Shown one piece after another: positions 1 to 13,958 of a DNA stretch of 64,000 nt. Positions within the stretch are counted from its first letter, which is position 1; every line of letters begins with the position of its first letter. The notes beneath the pieces are model-generated. The model did no database searches. It was not told the origin of the DNA and was given only the letters and a program-made list of their open reading frames with translations. Origin of the DNA: Rhizophagus irregularis (taxonomy: Eukaryota); contig NC_089433.1 of assembly GCF_026210795.1 (NCBI RefSeq), forward strand, positions 3,286,001 to 3,350,000, given 5' to 3'. The translations under genes and the position numbers were made by a program.

Positions 1-3000
1 AAATTTTTCTAGAAATTACAATAGCCATTAAATACTGTTAGGCCAATTTTAGGCCTTATTATTTTAACACAAGTTTTTATTTGTTCAAAATTTTATTAAC
101 TTAGTTTTAATTCTTTGTCTTCTTACATGAAGTGTACTACTAGTATGTTCAGTATGTTCTTGCCTAACTTTGGAAATTAAAACCAAATTGAAATTCGTTG
201 TAACGCAAATGTACGTATGGAAGGAACGATCAACATGAAGTTGATCCCCGAATTTATTGTTATATTTTTAATCACTCAACTGCCCGATTAGCTTTGTATT
301 TTTCAGACGAGATCTACTTTAAAAGGATAATGAACTTTACAAATTTGTCGTAATAACTGGATTCTATAGAGATAACATTTGTAGTAATACAAAATTGTAT
401 AGATTTGCGGACTGACTTTTAGCAAATGTATTTAATAAGTATCTCATGAACGAATAAAATGTTGTGTTCTTGTGTTATTCTCTCTTACGCGCAGTTTCTT
501 TAAAACAATAACTAAAATACAGAGATTTGGAATATTATCAACTTGATACGAATAGTAACGCATTATTAGGTTCATTTCCATATATATATATTCATGTATC
601 TTTTTAGGAGAAATGACACCTTAGATTCAATAATAGATAATGGTTTGATTGGTAATTTGGTACTATGTTAGTTCTGATATAAATTAATAGTATAGTACGT
701 TATCAAGAAAAAAAAAATATTTAAGCCAAACTTCCTTTTTTTTTTATTCATAAGATATATTGAGTTGTGCCCTCTTTCGATAATAATAAAGATAATCGCA
801 ATAAGTTCTATTTTAATAAGACTAAAAATATATATGTATTAATTATGTATATTGGGCTGACACATACATTCTTGGCGCTTATTTTTTGGTAATACAAATA
901 CGTATGGGGGATCTTTCGATTCATCACGTTAACATTTATAGAAATATTAGTTGCAATTAAAGAAAAATTAACCCCTTGCCAATCAGGAATTGACCACAGA
1001 AATGACCTAATGAAAATGCAATTTAATTAAATACGCATGAACTTATCTATATTATTATACTCCTATATTTTTTAAATTAAAATATTAAAATTAATTAATT
1101 TATCAATTTTAAAATAATAAAAAAAACCAAACAAAGAAAAAAAGAAAAACAATAATATGTTATCCTGATCATTTGGTCATTTCTATAAATTATAATTGGT
1201 AAATTATTTGAATTTTATTATAAAGTTATAATTTCAATATTATTCCTAATTTTTTTCTTAATGATATTTTATTGGTAGAAAATTTCTTCATAAAAAATTT
1301 AAATATTTAAAATATTCAGCCTCTCAGGGGAAGAAGGAATAAACGCGATTACAACAACGTTAACAACAACTAATAGCTGCAGCTGTAAATCATGGTATAA
1401 TCATAGTCGGGAATCATCCCATCCATATAAATGCTCTATAATATACTGTGTAAGAAAAGGGTGAGTTTAAGTGAAATAATTCAAATAATTCATATAATTA
1501 TTCGTATTCATAATAGAAATACTTATGACAAATTGCATGATTTTTTTTGAACAACCCATTCGCATTTACTTGGCAATGATTTGTTGGTATTTTACTGCGG
1601 AATTATGCCAAAATTCAAACAATACTAAAACTACCAGATCAAAACAATATCAACATAATAAAAAAAAAACGAACAATATTTCGAAAACTTATAATTATTT
1701 TATTGTTTGAATCACAAATATTATTCAAGAAAATCTTTCCAGAATAAATTGATTATATTATTTATTTATTATTATCATTAATTTACATATTTTTATTCCT
1801 AAAAAAAAATGCCACGTAAAAATGTGAAAATATTAATACATATAATATGATAGGATGCTAAGTAGATCAAAATTTACCATATAAGAGCACAATCATAGAT
1901 TTTTAACGGCAAATTATTTCTAAGTTTATTTTCCAAACCTAGTTAAAATACAATATATGTTTTTTTTTCAGGAGAAGTTGATTATGTTTCAAGTTACAGA
2001 AGAAATTTATTATGGGTACATTCGACAGGGTAAATTTACTCAATTAGGAAAAATTTAAAGCGATTTTCTATTTGCAGATATTTTACTTTAATTTTTCATT
2101 ATCCATTAAAAAATCGAAGTTTCTGTTTTTTTTGGAAAAATTTAGAACTTTTTTTTTCATTTTATAATCTAAATTATATCAGAAATGATTTTTTGACGCC
2201 TAAAGTTGCTGTCGTGTCACCTTTTATTTATTGTAGCGGGAAAATTCTTTACTAAATATTCAATTAATTGAATTATAGAATATCTGAATTGGATCGATCC
2301 TTAAAAACTATCTCAATGTGATACTCTTTATGGAAATCCGAACTTGCCGCGCCATATTAATCTAATCGGTCAATCTTAAGATTATTTGTTTTTTCCATAA
2401 AAAAAAAAACCTAATAGAAACTGTAAAAAATGGATAAGTAATACATAAAATTTTTTGTGAAATGATAACGAACATCATTAATAATAATAATCTCCTTTAT
2501 CTCCCCGAAATATGCATATCACCGAACATGTTAACTTAATAATATTTTTAATGGTTACAAAAAAACACGGGACCTTGATCAAAACTTAAATTAACAAGTT
2601 TGTTACATTTCCTATTTGTTTATTTGCATATAGACTTTATAGAAATGATCTTTGAAACACAACAAGGGGGGATTATTTTTACAAGTTAAAAAAGAACAAA
2701 TCAAATAACTAGAAAAATCAATTATTTTAATTTGGCAATTTTTATTATTACAGTTATAAATCCTTATGAAATTTGATTGATTCTCATTGATTCGGAAAAA
2801 TAACTTTCGGCTTTCTCATTGTTTGGTCGTTTGACCTATTCATTGAATAGAACTTTATTATGTGTGACGAGCAAAATAATTGATCTATTTAAATGTTACC
2901 TGTTTATTACACTAAGTAAGCGTTTATTACACTAAGTAAGCTAACTTTAGAAGTTCGTCCATAAAACATTTTATTATACGCGTCTATTCATGTATGCATA

Positions 3001-4142
3001 TAAAAGATGCAGGCGCAAAAAAAAATTTTTTCGTCTTTTCTGTGTAATCCATTTTTCTAACTATTGTTATGAAAGAACAATATTTTCGTACTTATTTTTT
3101 TTTCTTTTTTATTTTAATTAAAATTTTAATTTCAATAAAAGTTACACAATTTTTATTATAGATTGTCACAGAACAACTTCTCGCAAAGAATGGATATCCC
3201 GAACAAATTACTTTTTTTTATTTTAAGAATTGTATCATAAATTCAAATGAATGCAATTATTTTTTTATATGATTGAATAAATTAATTGACTTAAAAGATT
3301 AGAACTTATATTTTTTTTTTTTTTTTTTTTTTAAGCCGCCATTTTCCATATGTGTGTTCTTTTTACGTGGGTTGGTTGTATTTATTTAAAATTTTTAATT
3401 TTAAATATATTAAGGTTATGACGTTTTTTTTCAACATATTCAAACAAAGATTTTCTTTCTGGGTTTCATTGGGTTCATTAGGAAGCATAACCTTCTTCTT
3501 TTTTTTTTTTTTTGAGTTCTTATAAAGAAAGTTTCATTTTCTTTGTTTATTAACTGTTATCTATCAAAGTTTACTCAAGAAGGTTGTAGATTATGCATAT
3601 TGAAATTTTAAAGATTACGTTTAAAGAAAAAATTTAACTATTTTCATGAGAATTTTACGTAAATTTATTCTTTTTAAGAAAAAAAGGTTGTTGGCTTAGC
3701 TCGAGAAAGTCTTTATGAAATTATTTATAAATTTCAATATAACCAAAGTAAACGAAACGTTTGAACCGAATAGAAAAATCGAATATTATTATCTCTTGAT
3801 TCTCAAAAGGTAAAGATTTTCTTATTTAAAGTTCTAGTATTTTAAGATTCTGGTCATCTTTTTTTTTTTTCTTTTACATAAAAAACAAAGCCAAGCATGA
3901 AGCTAATACATATTTATATTTGATAATGATTATCGATCGCTCACGGATAAATTGAAAAAATTTGAAAAATCTCGTAATAATTGGAATAGCTGAAATGGTT
4001 ATTACTAACTGCGCATGCACTTCGTATCTCCCCGATTAAAAATGGTTTTTTCTTTGCCCTATTTGAAAAAAAAAAAAGTATAACCAATAATAGGGTAATA
4101 TATATATATATATGTATGTAATAAGAATAGATAAAATATATA

Positions 4143-4535
4143 CAGTCAACTCTTAATATAACGAAGTTGGCGTCCGGGTTGATCAGGCCTTCGTTATAGG
4201 AATATTCGTTAATATGATGGGAAAATCTGGTATAACCCGGAAAATTTTTGTATATTATGGTATATTGTCGTATAATAATTGTATCAAAACGCAAGTTACA
4301 CAAAATATCTTCGTTATATTGAAAAAAAATTCGTTATAAAAGAAAATTCGTTGTTAAAAGGGGCATTTTTCATATACGGTTTATAAAATTTACTTCGTTA
4401 AACGGTATACGGCATTTAATTAGTAAAATTCGGTATAATGAGATTTTTTTCATATGTTAAAATCTGTACCATACTGAAGATCCGTTATATTGTAAAATTC
4501 GTTATATCAAAATTCGTTATAAGAAGAGTTGACTG
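4143..4535. mobile_element. Tc1/mariner(pogo)-like non-autonomous element (MITE), ~393 bp
   Basis: 23-bp TIR CAGTCAACTCTTnnTATAACGAA (2 mismatches), TA on both flanks, many internal TTCGTTATA motifs. Confidence 0.85.
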
Positions 4536-4971
4536 TAAATTTATTATATAGTATATAGTATACATATATTTAGCTGCATGTCTATGCATACGAAGATTTT
4601 TTTTCTTCGACCTGTGATCCTTTTTTTGGTACAATTTTTTTTTTTTTTGATTCATATATAAATACTATGAAAATTTCTTTTGTAACTTTCTTATCCCTCC
4701 ACTACTTTCTTTGGGAAAGACATAAGACAAATTCGATCGCGCATTTCCTCTTTTGTGCGTAATTCCTATTTTATTCTCCTTAGATCCCTATATTTTCTCT
4801 TTTTTCCTTCTCTCCTTAAGTACTAATTTGTCTTCTTGTGACGTCTTGAATCGCAAAATTCAGACATTATTTTTTCATTATTTTTAAAATATTCATTCTT
4901 TTATCCAGTTTGTATTTTTATTTTATTTTATTTACTATTTCTCGTTTATTTCGTCTTTTTCATCCTAATAT

Positions 4972-7089
4972 ATGATTATGCAATGTATAACTTTTTATCG
5001 ATAATAAGAAATTTTTTTTTAATTCTAACGATAATATTATTGAATTTTTCCTTAGTAAAGACACAAAGTACAGATGTAAGAGAAAAAATGAATTTTATAA
5101 TAAAACCGATTTGAATGTTACAAATTTTAATCTCATGTTTTTTGTCTGATCAACAGAATGTCGGTATAAAGCCTGAAATGCTTGATGACCATTCTATTAT
5201 TAATATTACTGCTATCGTTTTAGGTCATGTCAATTTAATAGCTTGCGCTTTTGTTGTATGTATTAAATCATCGTTTATTTCCGAAATTATGAACGAAAAC
5301 TTAATATTGATTATTATTTTGATTTTGAATAGATTTATTCAGCATTTATGAAATGGCGCGCAAGTTCTTTATCAATATCAAGTCGAGTTCCTTTATATCT
5401 CAGCATTTCAGACATATGCCAATGTTAGTAAAACAAAAATTTTAATATTATAAAAAACCAATTAATTATATATTTATTTCCTTCTTTCATTTCTTATTTA
5501 TATAGATCCTATTTTCATACCGAATTTTTTTCATTCACTAATTTATCACGATATAATTCCCGAAATAACCTGTAAAGTACTCGCCTATCTATTATTCCTT
5601 CAAATAAATTTTAATATGGTCTTAATGAGTAGTATTGCATTCGTCACTTATTTGGTAAGTTTCTATACATAATTAATTTGTAATGACCCTGAGTAAAATT
5701 TATAACATTCGATCGTTTTATATTTAGAGAGTTGTAAAAAGCAAAGCAACAGATCTTGGAAAATATGATTGGTAAGTAAAAAATCCATATTACCGTATTT
5801 TGCGGTATATAAGCACCCCATTTTTGCACTTGATGCCGGCCAAGATCCTCATAATTTTGGCCAAAATCGCCATAATTCTGGCCAGGGGTGCTTACTTTCG
5901 GGGGGTGCTTACTTACCGCAAAATACGGTATTTTTTTTATATGACATATTTTACTTTAATTAAAAGGAAATTTTTTTTTTTAGGAAAATTTTTTCGTGGG
6001 TTATCATATTGTCATTAGTATTATCAATTCCATCAATACCTTCTTTAGGGGCATCAAAATTTTGGTGTTTGACCACTACAACAAATTCCACGAGTACATT
6101 AATAATTGGCGTATATGCAGTATTTACTATATCTTTCATCATAGCATGTTATTGTTATTTTAAAACATTACAAACAATATTTAATGTCGATCGAGAAGAA
6201 TTATCAGATTCTGCTGGTAGAATCGATAGACGAAATAGATTGGAAAGACAAGCTACAAGAAAAATCTTACTTTATGTTTTAATATTTATGAAATGGATTC
6301 CTTTATTACTATTTGGTATATGTATTATGCTTGAATATGAGGAAGCTTTGTGGGTAGATCTTTCTACAGTTATTGGTATGTATCGTTCACAAGAATATTT
6401 TTTTTATTTCGATATTAGGCCAAGTAAATAAAATTATTCGTTTCTCATAACCGGGCGGGTCATGTAAATGTTAAAAAAAGATATTTTATTTAGTCATGTG
6501 ATTTTAGTTTTGACCAATCATAATCATAAAAAAATAATTTTTTTTTCCACCCGGTGACCCGGGCAAAAATTTATTAAATCAACCAATCAACTTCTAGGAA
6601 TCGGCTAAATTTTTATTAAAAAATAATTTTTTTTCCGGGCGGCCGGGTCAAATTTAGCAATTTTTTTTCATGAGAAACGAATAATTTTATTTCTTTGGCC
6701 TTATCTAAATATTATCTAATTCTTTTGTTATTTTATTAGCATTTAACCTCGGAGGAATGTGCAATTGTGCTTTATATCTCATGAACGAATATTCACATAA
6801 TAAATTAGTTACATATAACTTAGAAATAGAGGAAGGCCAACAAGAAAGTAATAATCCACCTTCTCAATTCAATCAACCTTTCTTCCAGCATCAACGAGCG
6901 AATTCTAGTACAAATTCTGTAACTCTTGTAACATCCACTTCAACAAATGAAGATACCACTACTGATATAATAGATTTAAAACGATTTGATAGTAATGAAA
7001 GATATAAAATTGATGATGCTGGGAATAAAGGGGACAATAAAGTTTATGAAGTTGATATGAATGGTGGAGAAGAAATTTCGAATTTATAA
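4972..7089 (+). CDS. Multi-exon 7TM G-protein-coupled receptor-like protein (cAMP-receptor-like/Git3-like)
   Basis: Eight GT-AG exons splice in frame: MIMQLKTQSTDNVGIKPE..ITAIVLGHVNLIACAFVIY..SRVPLYLSISDICQYPIFIPNFF..TCKVLAYLLFLQINFNMVLMSSIAFVTYLRVVK..GKYDWKIFSWVIILSLVLSIP..KFWC..ATRKILLYVLIFMKWIP..AFNLGGMCNCALYLMNE, then a polar tail. Seven hydrophobic segments; TM3 Cys and ECL2 WC. Confidence 0.8.
5793..5928. mobile_element. Tc1/mariner-like MITE (136 bp) inside a GPCR intron
   Basis: TIR CCGTATTTTGCGGTAnnTAAGCACCC at both ends, flanked by TA/TA. Confidence 0.85.
6418..6700. mobile_element. PIF/Harbinger-like MITE (283 bp) inside the last GPCR intron
   Basis: ~31-bp TIR GGCCAAnnAAATAAAATTATTCGTTTCTCAT with a TTA target duplication on both sides. 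Confidence 0.8.
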
Positions 7090-7787
7090 AAAATTATAAG
7101 TGTTTTTTTTTATTAATTAATTAATTAATTTTTTATTATTATTATTTTTTTTTTTATTTGTTTTTGGGTTGAGAAATTTTTTTTAAGAGTAAAGAAAAAA
7201 AAATTCTTTTTTTTTCTTTTTTTTTTATTATTTTAAATCGTTTTACATTTTTTTTTTTAAATTTTATTATTATTAATTTTTTTTATAATATTTTTTTCCC
7301 CTTAAGGATTCCATTTTTGTACTTTATATGAAAATTAAGATTTGTAAAAGCAATATTATTAAATTACAGTATATAGCATTAGTAAATTATTGTATTTTAG
7401 TTTTTTTTGTATTTATTTTTTCATTCTTCTTTTTTTTTCTTTTCATAGTTAATTTTTTTCTTTTGTAAATTTTAATGATATTGTATGCGAATCTTTTTTA
7501 TTGTAATTTTATAAGTTAAAAAAAAAAGAAAGAAAAGGAAATTTTTTTGATACTTCTCAATACAAATAAAAAAAAAGCGTTCGGCGTAGTGGTTGAATTT
7601 TTGATAACAAGAAACAACAATTTTTTCAATTTGTAAATTTGTACTCATTACTATAATGAAGTTTCTTCTTTAAAAAAAATACAGTACTTTTCATATTAAT
7701 AGACAAAAAAAATACAATACAAATATAAGTATCTCTGGCAGCGATGAAAAATGACTAGGTTGATATTTGCTACGAGACTGGCAAAGG

Positions 7788-8390
7788 CGTCAATATTAAA
7801 TAGCTTGACTGAGCCGGCTAAGACGCGGCTTTGGCTACGTAGTGCACGTGACAAATATCATTCGTAATATTGAATAACAAAGTGTCTAATAATGGTTTAC
7901 ATTTCAAATTCGTTTTTAAGATTATAGATCATTATATCGAGATTCGAGAAATATTTGTTGATTAAATGACACGTGTTGGACAAATAAAGCGAGTTCGTTA
8001 ACCTTACATAAATTAGACAATTACATCAATGTTAAGGATTGTTTGATGGATAATTTCACTAATTGCTTCATTTACCTTATTTTTCTTATATCGTTAATTG
8101 TAGTCTCTATGCATATAATATCCGGCAATGAATGATATCAGGCGATAAGACGTGAACATGCCGAATATGAGCAAAATGGTTAGCATCATGATCCTATGCA
8201 TGAGGGCGTAATTATTCCGGATAATTCGGAGTTTAGGCGGCGTAATAGTGAAATCTATTACACCAAATTTTGTTTGTTCAAAGATTCAAAGATTAATATT
8301 ACACCAGTGTTACATCGGTGTAATGCCGAATTGGCCGTAATATTTCGGCATGGCTTGAACATTGTACTGTATATCATGTTCCTATAGGAT
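7788..8390. repeat. Dispersed repeat, inverted homolog of 32840-33608
   Basis: Long colinear reverse-complement matches, e.g. GCGAGTTCGTTAACCTTACATAAATTAGACAATTACATCAATGTTAAGG and CATCATGATCCTATGCATGAGGGCGTAATTATTCCGG. Confidence 0.85.
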
Positions 8391-9481
8391 ACCATACTTT
8401 ATTATAAAATTATACTGCAACGACAGCTTCTGCCACTCTGTCGCCACAAGAATTTCATCTCTCTCATAAAGTCATAAAATTTATAATTTAATAAAAGGTT
8501 TATTCTTTATTATGTAAGAATATGTCATTATAACACAGTTATTTATTAAATGTAAAATAATATAGTCATAAAATTTCGTCAGAACATTATAAAATAATTA
8601 TAATAATTAAAATGATAGTTTTTATTAAAAGAATTAAAAGAGATTAAAAGAATCTGAAAGGAACTGCTAAAGAAAAGGAACTGCTAATACTAAGTCAAAA
8701 AGTTGGGGTTTATATAATAATTTACATGTTGATCCTTTGATCAACGTAAATAATAATCAAAATCTTCTTATTTTGTACTTTTTAATTAATTTTTATAACA
8801 ATAAAGATAGATAAAAATAAATAAATAAATAAATTGATAGACAACGTTCTCTTTAAAAAAGAATAATCACATTCATTTTTTTTTTATTCCAAATTTGGGT
8901 GATTTGGATCTGTAAATGTTTTTTTATTTGTTCGAAAAAAAAATTAAAGGTTTGCCCAATAAACCGTTCATCAGATATTATAAAAATGCTGTGACCGAAA
9001 GGAATAATTTCTTGTTTCGTAAACGTTGAAAAATTTCAAAAATGACAAATTTAAGAGATGCAAAGGTATAAAGTATTTCATGGAATGATTTTATGATGAA
9101 ATTGTTGTATTTATCTACATCTATAGATGACGATCGTGCGTGGAATAAATTTATGAAATATAAAATAATAAGTTTATTATCCCGTATCATAATAACAATT
9201 AAAAACTTTATTAATGGCTAATTAATGGACTCTATCATATCATAGAATCATTCATCAATTTTCTTTGCAAAAAAGTATAAATACAATATATGCCATCTTC
9301 AGGTTTAAATCAGAAAGAAATTATACTTAACATTAAACTACTTATCATTAAGAATATTTTCTTCTTAGGTATAACGATATTCAATAAAATTGATAATATC
9401 TACTGTCATAAGTACTGTCATAAGAAAATTAGAAAAAATAATCAATTAATTACGACGCACTAGGCCATTACACTAGGGACG

Positions 9482-10345
9482 TCAATCCCTTTAAAAAATT
9501 TAAGAGTTAATTAGTATATGGGTCATTTGTCGAAATGACCCAATTGACACGTGAAGACAACTTCGTCAATAAAAATTCATTTAACAAAAAAAAATATTTT
9601 GATCCTTACTTCCAAGTGAAAAAATGATCACAACTTCGAATTCCACACCGAACTTGGTTACACCCTCCATTCTTAATAATTCTTACTCCACAAGAGGGAC
9701 ATGGTTGAGTTTTTTTATCAATATATTTTTGAGTTGCTTTGTCCACTTTGTTCTCATCGATTTTTGTATCAAATTCAGTACAAGTTAAACCCTGATGCCA
9801 AGGGATGTCATGATTATAACATGATTCTTTTCCACAAGCTTCACAAGTAATTTTAGGTTCACATTCTGAATAAATAATAAAAGAACATAAATCAATATAT
9901 GTTATATACAGTATATAATAAAATAAAAAATTTCGTTGTTACCTCCTTCAATAATATAAATTTGACCAAAATTACATCTGGGATTTTTACACCATCTAAA
10001 CTCTGGAATTTCTCTTAATTCTTGATATAACAATATTTTATCATATCTTTCAAATATTTTTTTATTAGCGATTTCTTTCATATCATTATATTGAATTTCT
10101 TGTTGACATTCATTAAATGGACAATTTATTTCAACTCTATAATCCAATTGAACTGTTATATACTTATTAACACATAATTTGCAAATATTTAATTCGTGAT
10201 TACAATTTGTTGTAATTTTACGAAATAAAGATTTTGGTTGTGATTTAAGACAGATAATACATTCAATTTTTTTTGTCGTGGTAAAAGAATTATTATTTGA
10301 AAAGTGAGAAAATCCGTTGAACTTGGGTAATTTAAGTAATCTCAT
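9482..10345 (-). CDS. RBR-type (RING1-IBR-RING2) E3 ligase-like protein, copy 1, with degenerate RING2
   Basis: Exons ~10345-9943 and 9865-9610, plus a possible tiny last exon near 9488-9482. CIIC..CNH..CKLC..CPFNEC; FRWCKNPRC..TCEAC..CYNHDIPWH; PCPSC..GGCNQVRC. The 3' end is uncertain. Confidence 0.75.
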
Positions 10346-11818
10346 CTTTTTTTTATTATTATTATTTAGATATTTGGATCTGTCAAAAAAAAAAAATTAT
10401 TTTTTTTTTCTTTTACATCAATTGAGTCAATCATATAATAAATACATGGGTAATTCAAGAAATGACCAATATTGGCTAATCTTAACTGACATTGCGAGAC
10501 AGCCGACACTAGTCTAAAAAGTTAAGGATGCTCATCATGCTAATTTGAAGAAATATAAAGTTTCATAACTTCATTTTCGTGCTGCTATGATAATGTTTAT
10601 ATAGGAAGTACTTATAGAAGAAATCAGAACGTTAATAAACATTTCAACTGAAAAATAACAACAATAATAAAGTTCCAAAGTTTCAAAATTTCTTGATATG
10701 CACAAACTATCGTAAAATAAAAGCTAAAACTAACATAAAATACACGTAACACAAAATTTAAATATTGCGAATTCATTGTAATGACTGTGATACGTCATAT
10801 GGAATTGAGAAAATGCTGATAGTATAATGACGTTAAATCATTTAACAAAAGAAGCCTTCTAATTTGTAATTACTCGTGACTTTGATATTCTATCTCAATG
10901 ATAGGTAATAGCTAAAAAAGTAATTCCTTTATCCTGAATTTTATGGTGGAGCGATTTTTGTTAATTTAGTAATTTAAAAACATTTAGATAAATTTCCAAT
11001 TTTTAAAATATTTATACTCTATCTTAGAATATTAAATTTTTAATTTCTTTTTTACGTAATAATTACGGATAGAAGGATTTATATCTAATACAAAAAATTC
11101 TGATGGTGAAAAAAGTGTCAAAAAAGATGTACGAATAGAAAATTACCCGACCAAAAGAAATTTTATAGTATAAGGTCGTAATATTATTATAAAATTTTAA
11201 CAAAGCCTCCTTGAGATGCTCTCAAAAAATGTTTTGTCGTATAATTATTCTTTTTTATAATAAAGCTATTTATGCGTTAAATTTTCTACAGCTTTACTGA
11301 CTATAATATAACGATAGAAATTAAATATAAAGCAAAATTTAATATACAGAAACAAAATAATATATAATAGATCTCATCAACTCATCGGCTTTACATACTT
11401 TACAGTTTAAGCGCTTCGCAATCCGATTTAGTTTGGTCTGACTTGTACTTTCAAGATAATGGCTCAATCCCGTTCAACTTGATTTTTTTAGCAACAGTTT
11501 GGTTTGACTTTAGCGCTTTAGCCTCAAGTCAGACCGAACTGACGTTAGCAATATTACTTAACGAACATTACTTGCATATCACGCGATACCAACATTTTGA
11601 AATAAAGAGAACCCAACTTGATAAATTTTGGATTTTATATATTTAAACTAAGTTAAAAAGAATGTCTGATTAGTGCAAATATAATCCAATAAACTGACAT
11701 TAAAGAACATTAATTTTGTATTAATTATGGTAAAAGGTAATCAATTCATTGTTATTTATGTTTTATGTTTGTGAAATATAAAAAATTCTCATTATCAAAA
11801 TTCAATTAATATTACGTA

Positions 11819-12628
11819 TTACGCATAATATTTACATGTAGTCTTATGAGAAGTATTTCCATGTTTCCTAATATCATTATAATCAGCAAAGCATCTATAC
11901 AAAATAACCAGTATCAAATGAGATTAATTAAAAACAAAATAGTAAAATGTTTAAAAGAAATACTTACAACCAACAAAATTCGTATTTACAAGTCCTAATT
12001 TTGCAAGCCATATGATCACACCCATCTTCCTTCATGATTCTTATTCCACATTTTGGACATGGTTTTGTTTCTTTTTCGAGTAAATCTTGAGTTGCTTTGT
12101 CATTACCTTGTCTGATAATAAGTTCGTAATTAGAACAAGTTGAATCCTCATGCCAAGGAATATCGTGAGTGTAACAAAATTTTTGTTTACAAGCTTGACA
12201 AGTCATTATAGGAGCATCATCTGTATAAAATTAAGATTTATTTAAATTTTTTTTTTTCCTTTCCTAATAAAAAGATAAAATTAAAAATTATCTTTACCTC
12301 CTCCAAAATGAATTTGACCAGAATTACATCCAGAATTTTTACACCATCTAAATTCTGGGATTTTGCTTAACGTTTGATGAAGCAATAAAGTATTATATCT
12401 TTCATATAATTTTTTATTAATCTTTCTTATATCATTAATTTGTATAATTTGATTACATTTATTAAATGGACAATTGATTTTTATATCACTTTGACTATCT
12501 AATTTAATTGTAATATGCTTATTAATGCATAATTTACAAATATTTGATCCATGATTACAATTCACAGTAATTTTAGTGAATAAAGTTTTTGGATGATATT
12601 CAAAACAAATTTGACATTCAATTTTCAT
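11819..12628 (-). CDS. RBR-type E3 ubiquitin ligase, copy 2
   Basis: Exons 12628-12298, 12220-11968, 11894-11819 splice in frame. RING1, IBR, and RING2 PCPKC..DGCDHMAC..C..EFCWLC..H...C. Confidence 0.88.
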
Positions 12629-12963
12629 TGTAAAGAATATCTATTATTTAGTTAGCAATTAGAGAAAGGGAGGAAAAAAACTACTTTATAGATTGGCATA
12701 CACAAAAAAAAAAAGATGGTTCGGTTGGTATGAGTCAATTATCATTATCCTTATCCTTTTATATACATAAAATGCCTAATTTATAAATTTGCTACGGGTG
12801 AGTTCGGGAAAAGTTTCATTTTGATTGTTAACGGTTTATTAAACATTGTACTATCACGTGTTTGGAAATTTATTGAAAATACTTTACACAAACATATAGA
12901 ACTGATTTATTTAAGTTTAATTTACAGTATTTAATAAATAATAATTAATTAATTATATACTTT

Positions 12964-13130
12964 GTTCAGTCGATTAGGAATATGCGGGATTTTAACCAAT
13001 ATTGAAATCGTTATTAGTAGCATTAATTCCTATAAGTCGCCGCAGTATTCCTAATGACCGAACTATAACTCAGTTATTGGATGGGGGATATCGTCGAGGA
13101 CCGATATCTCCTTCCCCCATCCAATAACTA
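12964..13130. repeat. Two adjacent short foldback (mini-MITE-like) hairpins
   Basis: GTTCAGTCGATTAGGAATATGCGG..CCGCAGTATTCCTAATGACCGAAC and AGTTATTGGATGGGG..CCCCATCCAATAACT. Confidence 0.6.
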
Positions 13131-13151
13131 TTTATTATATACTTTTACATT

Positions 13152-13958
13152 TTAAGCATAAAATTTGCACGTAGGTTCATGAGACGTATTTCCATGTTGT
13201 CTAATCTCTTCATAATCAGCAAAACACCTACAAAATTATGAGACCAATTAAAAACAAAATAGATACTAGTAAAATGTTTATGAGAATACTTACAACCAAC
13301 AAAATTCGTGTTCACAGGTCCTAATACTGCAAGTCATATGATCACACCCTTCGTCCTTAGTGATTCTTATTCCACATTTTGGACATGGTTTGGTTTCTTT
13401 CTCGAGTAAATCTTGAGTTTCTTCGTCATTACCTTGTTTATTTACCTCATAATTAGAACAAGATAAATCTTCATGCCAAGGAATATCATGAGTATAACAT
13501 GATTTTTGACCACAAGCTTGGCACGTCATTATAGGTGCATCATCTGAGTAAATTAAAAACAAAAAATTATTTCTTATAAATATTAATAATTAAGAATTTT
13601 TTTCTTCAATATACATACCTTCTTCAAAGTGAATTTGACCAGATTCACATTTGGGATTTTTACACCATCTAAATTCTGGCATTTTGCTCAATGTTTGACG
13701 AAGAATTAAAATATCAAATCTTTCAAATAACTCTTCGCTAATATTTTTTATATCATCATTATTAAATTTTCGATCACATCTATCAAATGGACAATTAATT
13801 CTTTCTATTTTACTGTCTAATTGAGATGCAATATGCTTGCTAACACATGATTTACAAATATTTAATTTATGATTGCAATTAGAGGTAATTTTAGGGAATG
13901 AAGATTTTGAACAAAATTCAAAACAAACTTGACACTCAATTTTCTTTATAATAGCCAT
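13152..13958 (-). CDS. RBR-type E3 ubiquitin ligase, copy 3
   Basis: Exons 13958-13619, 13543-13294, 13227-13152; same intron positions as copy 2; intact GCDHM catalytic motif. Confidence 0.88.

Noticed and set aside
1310..1710. Possible small spliced gene (minus strand MGCSKKIMQFVI..; plus strand 61-aa ORF)
   Set aside because: The splice models tried give only very short peptides with no recognisable motif.
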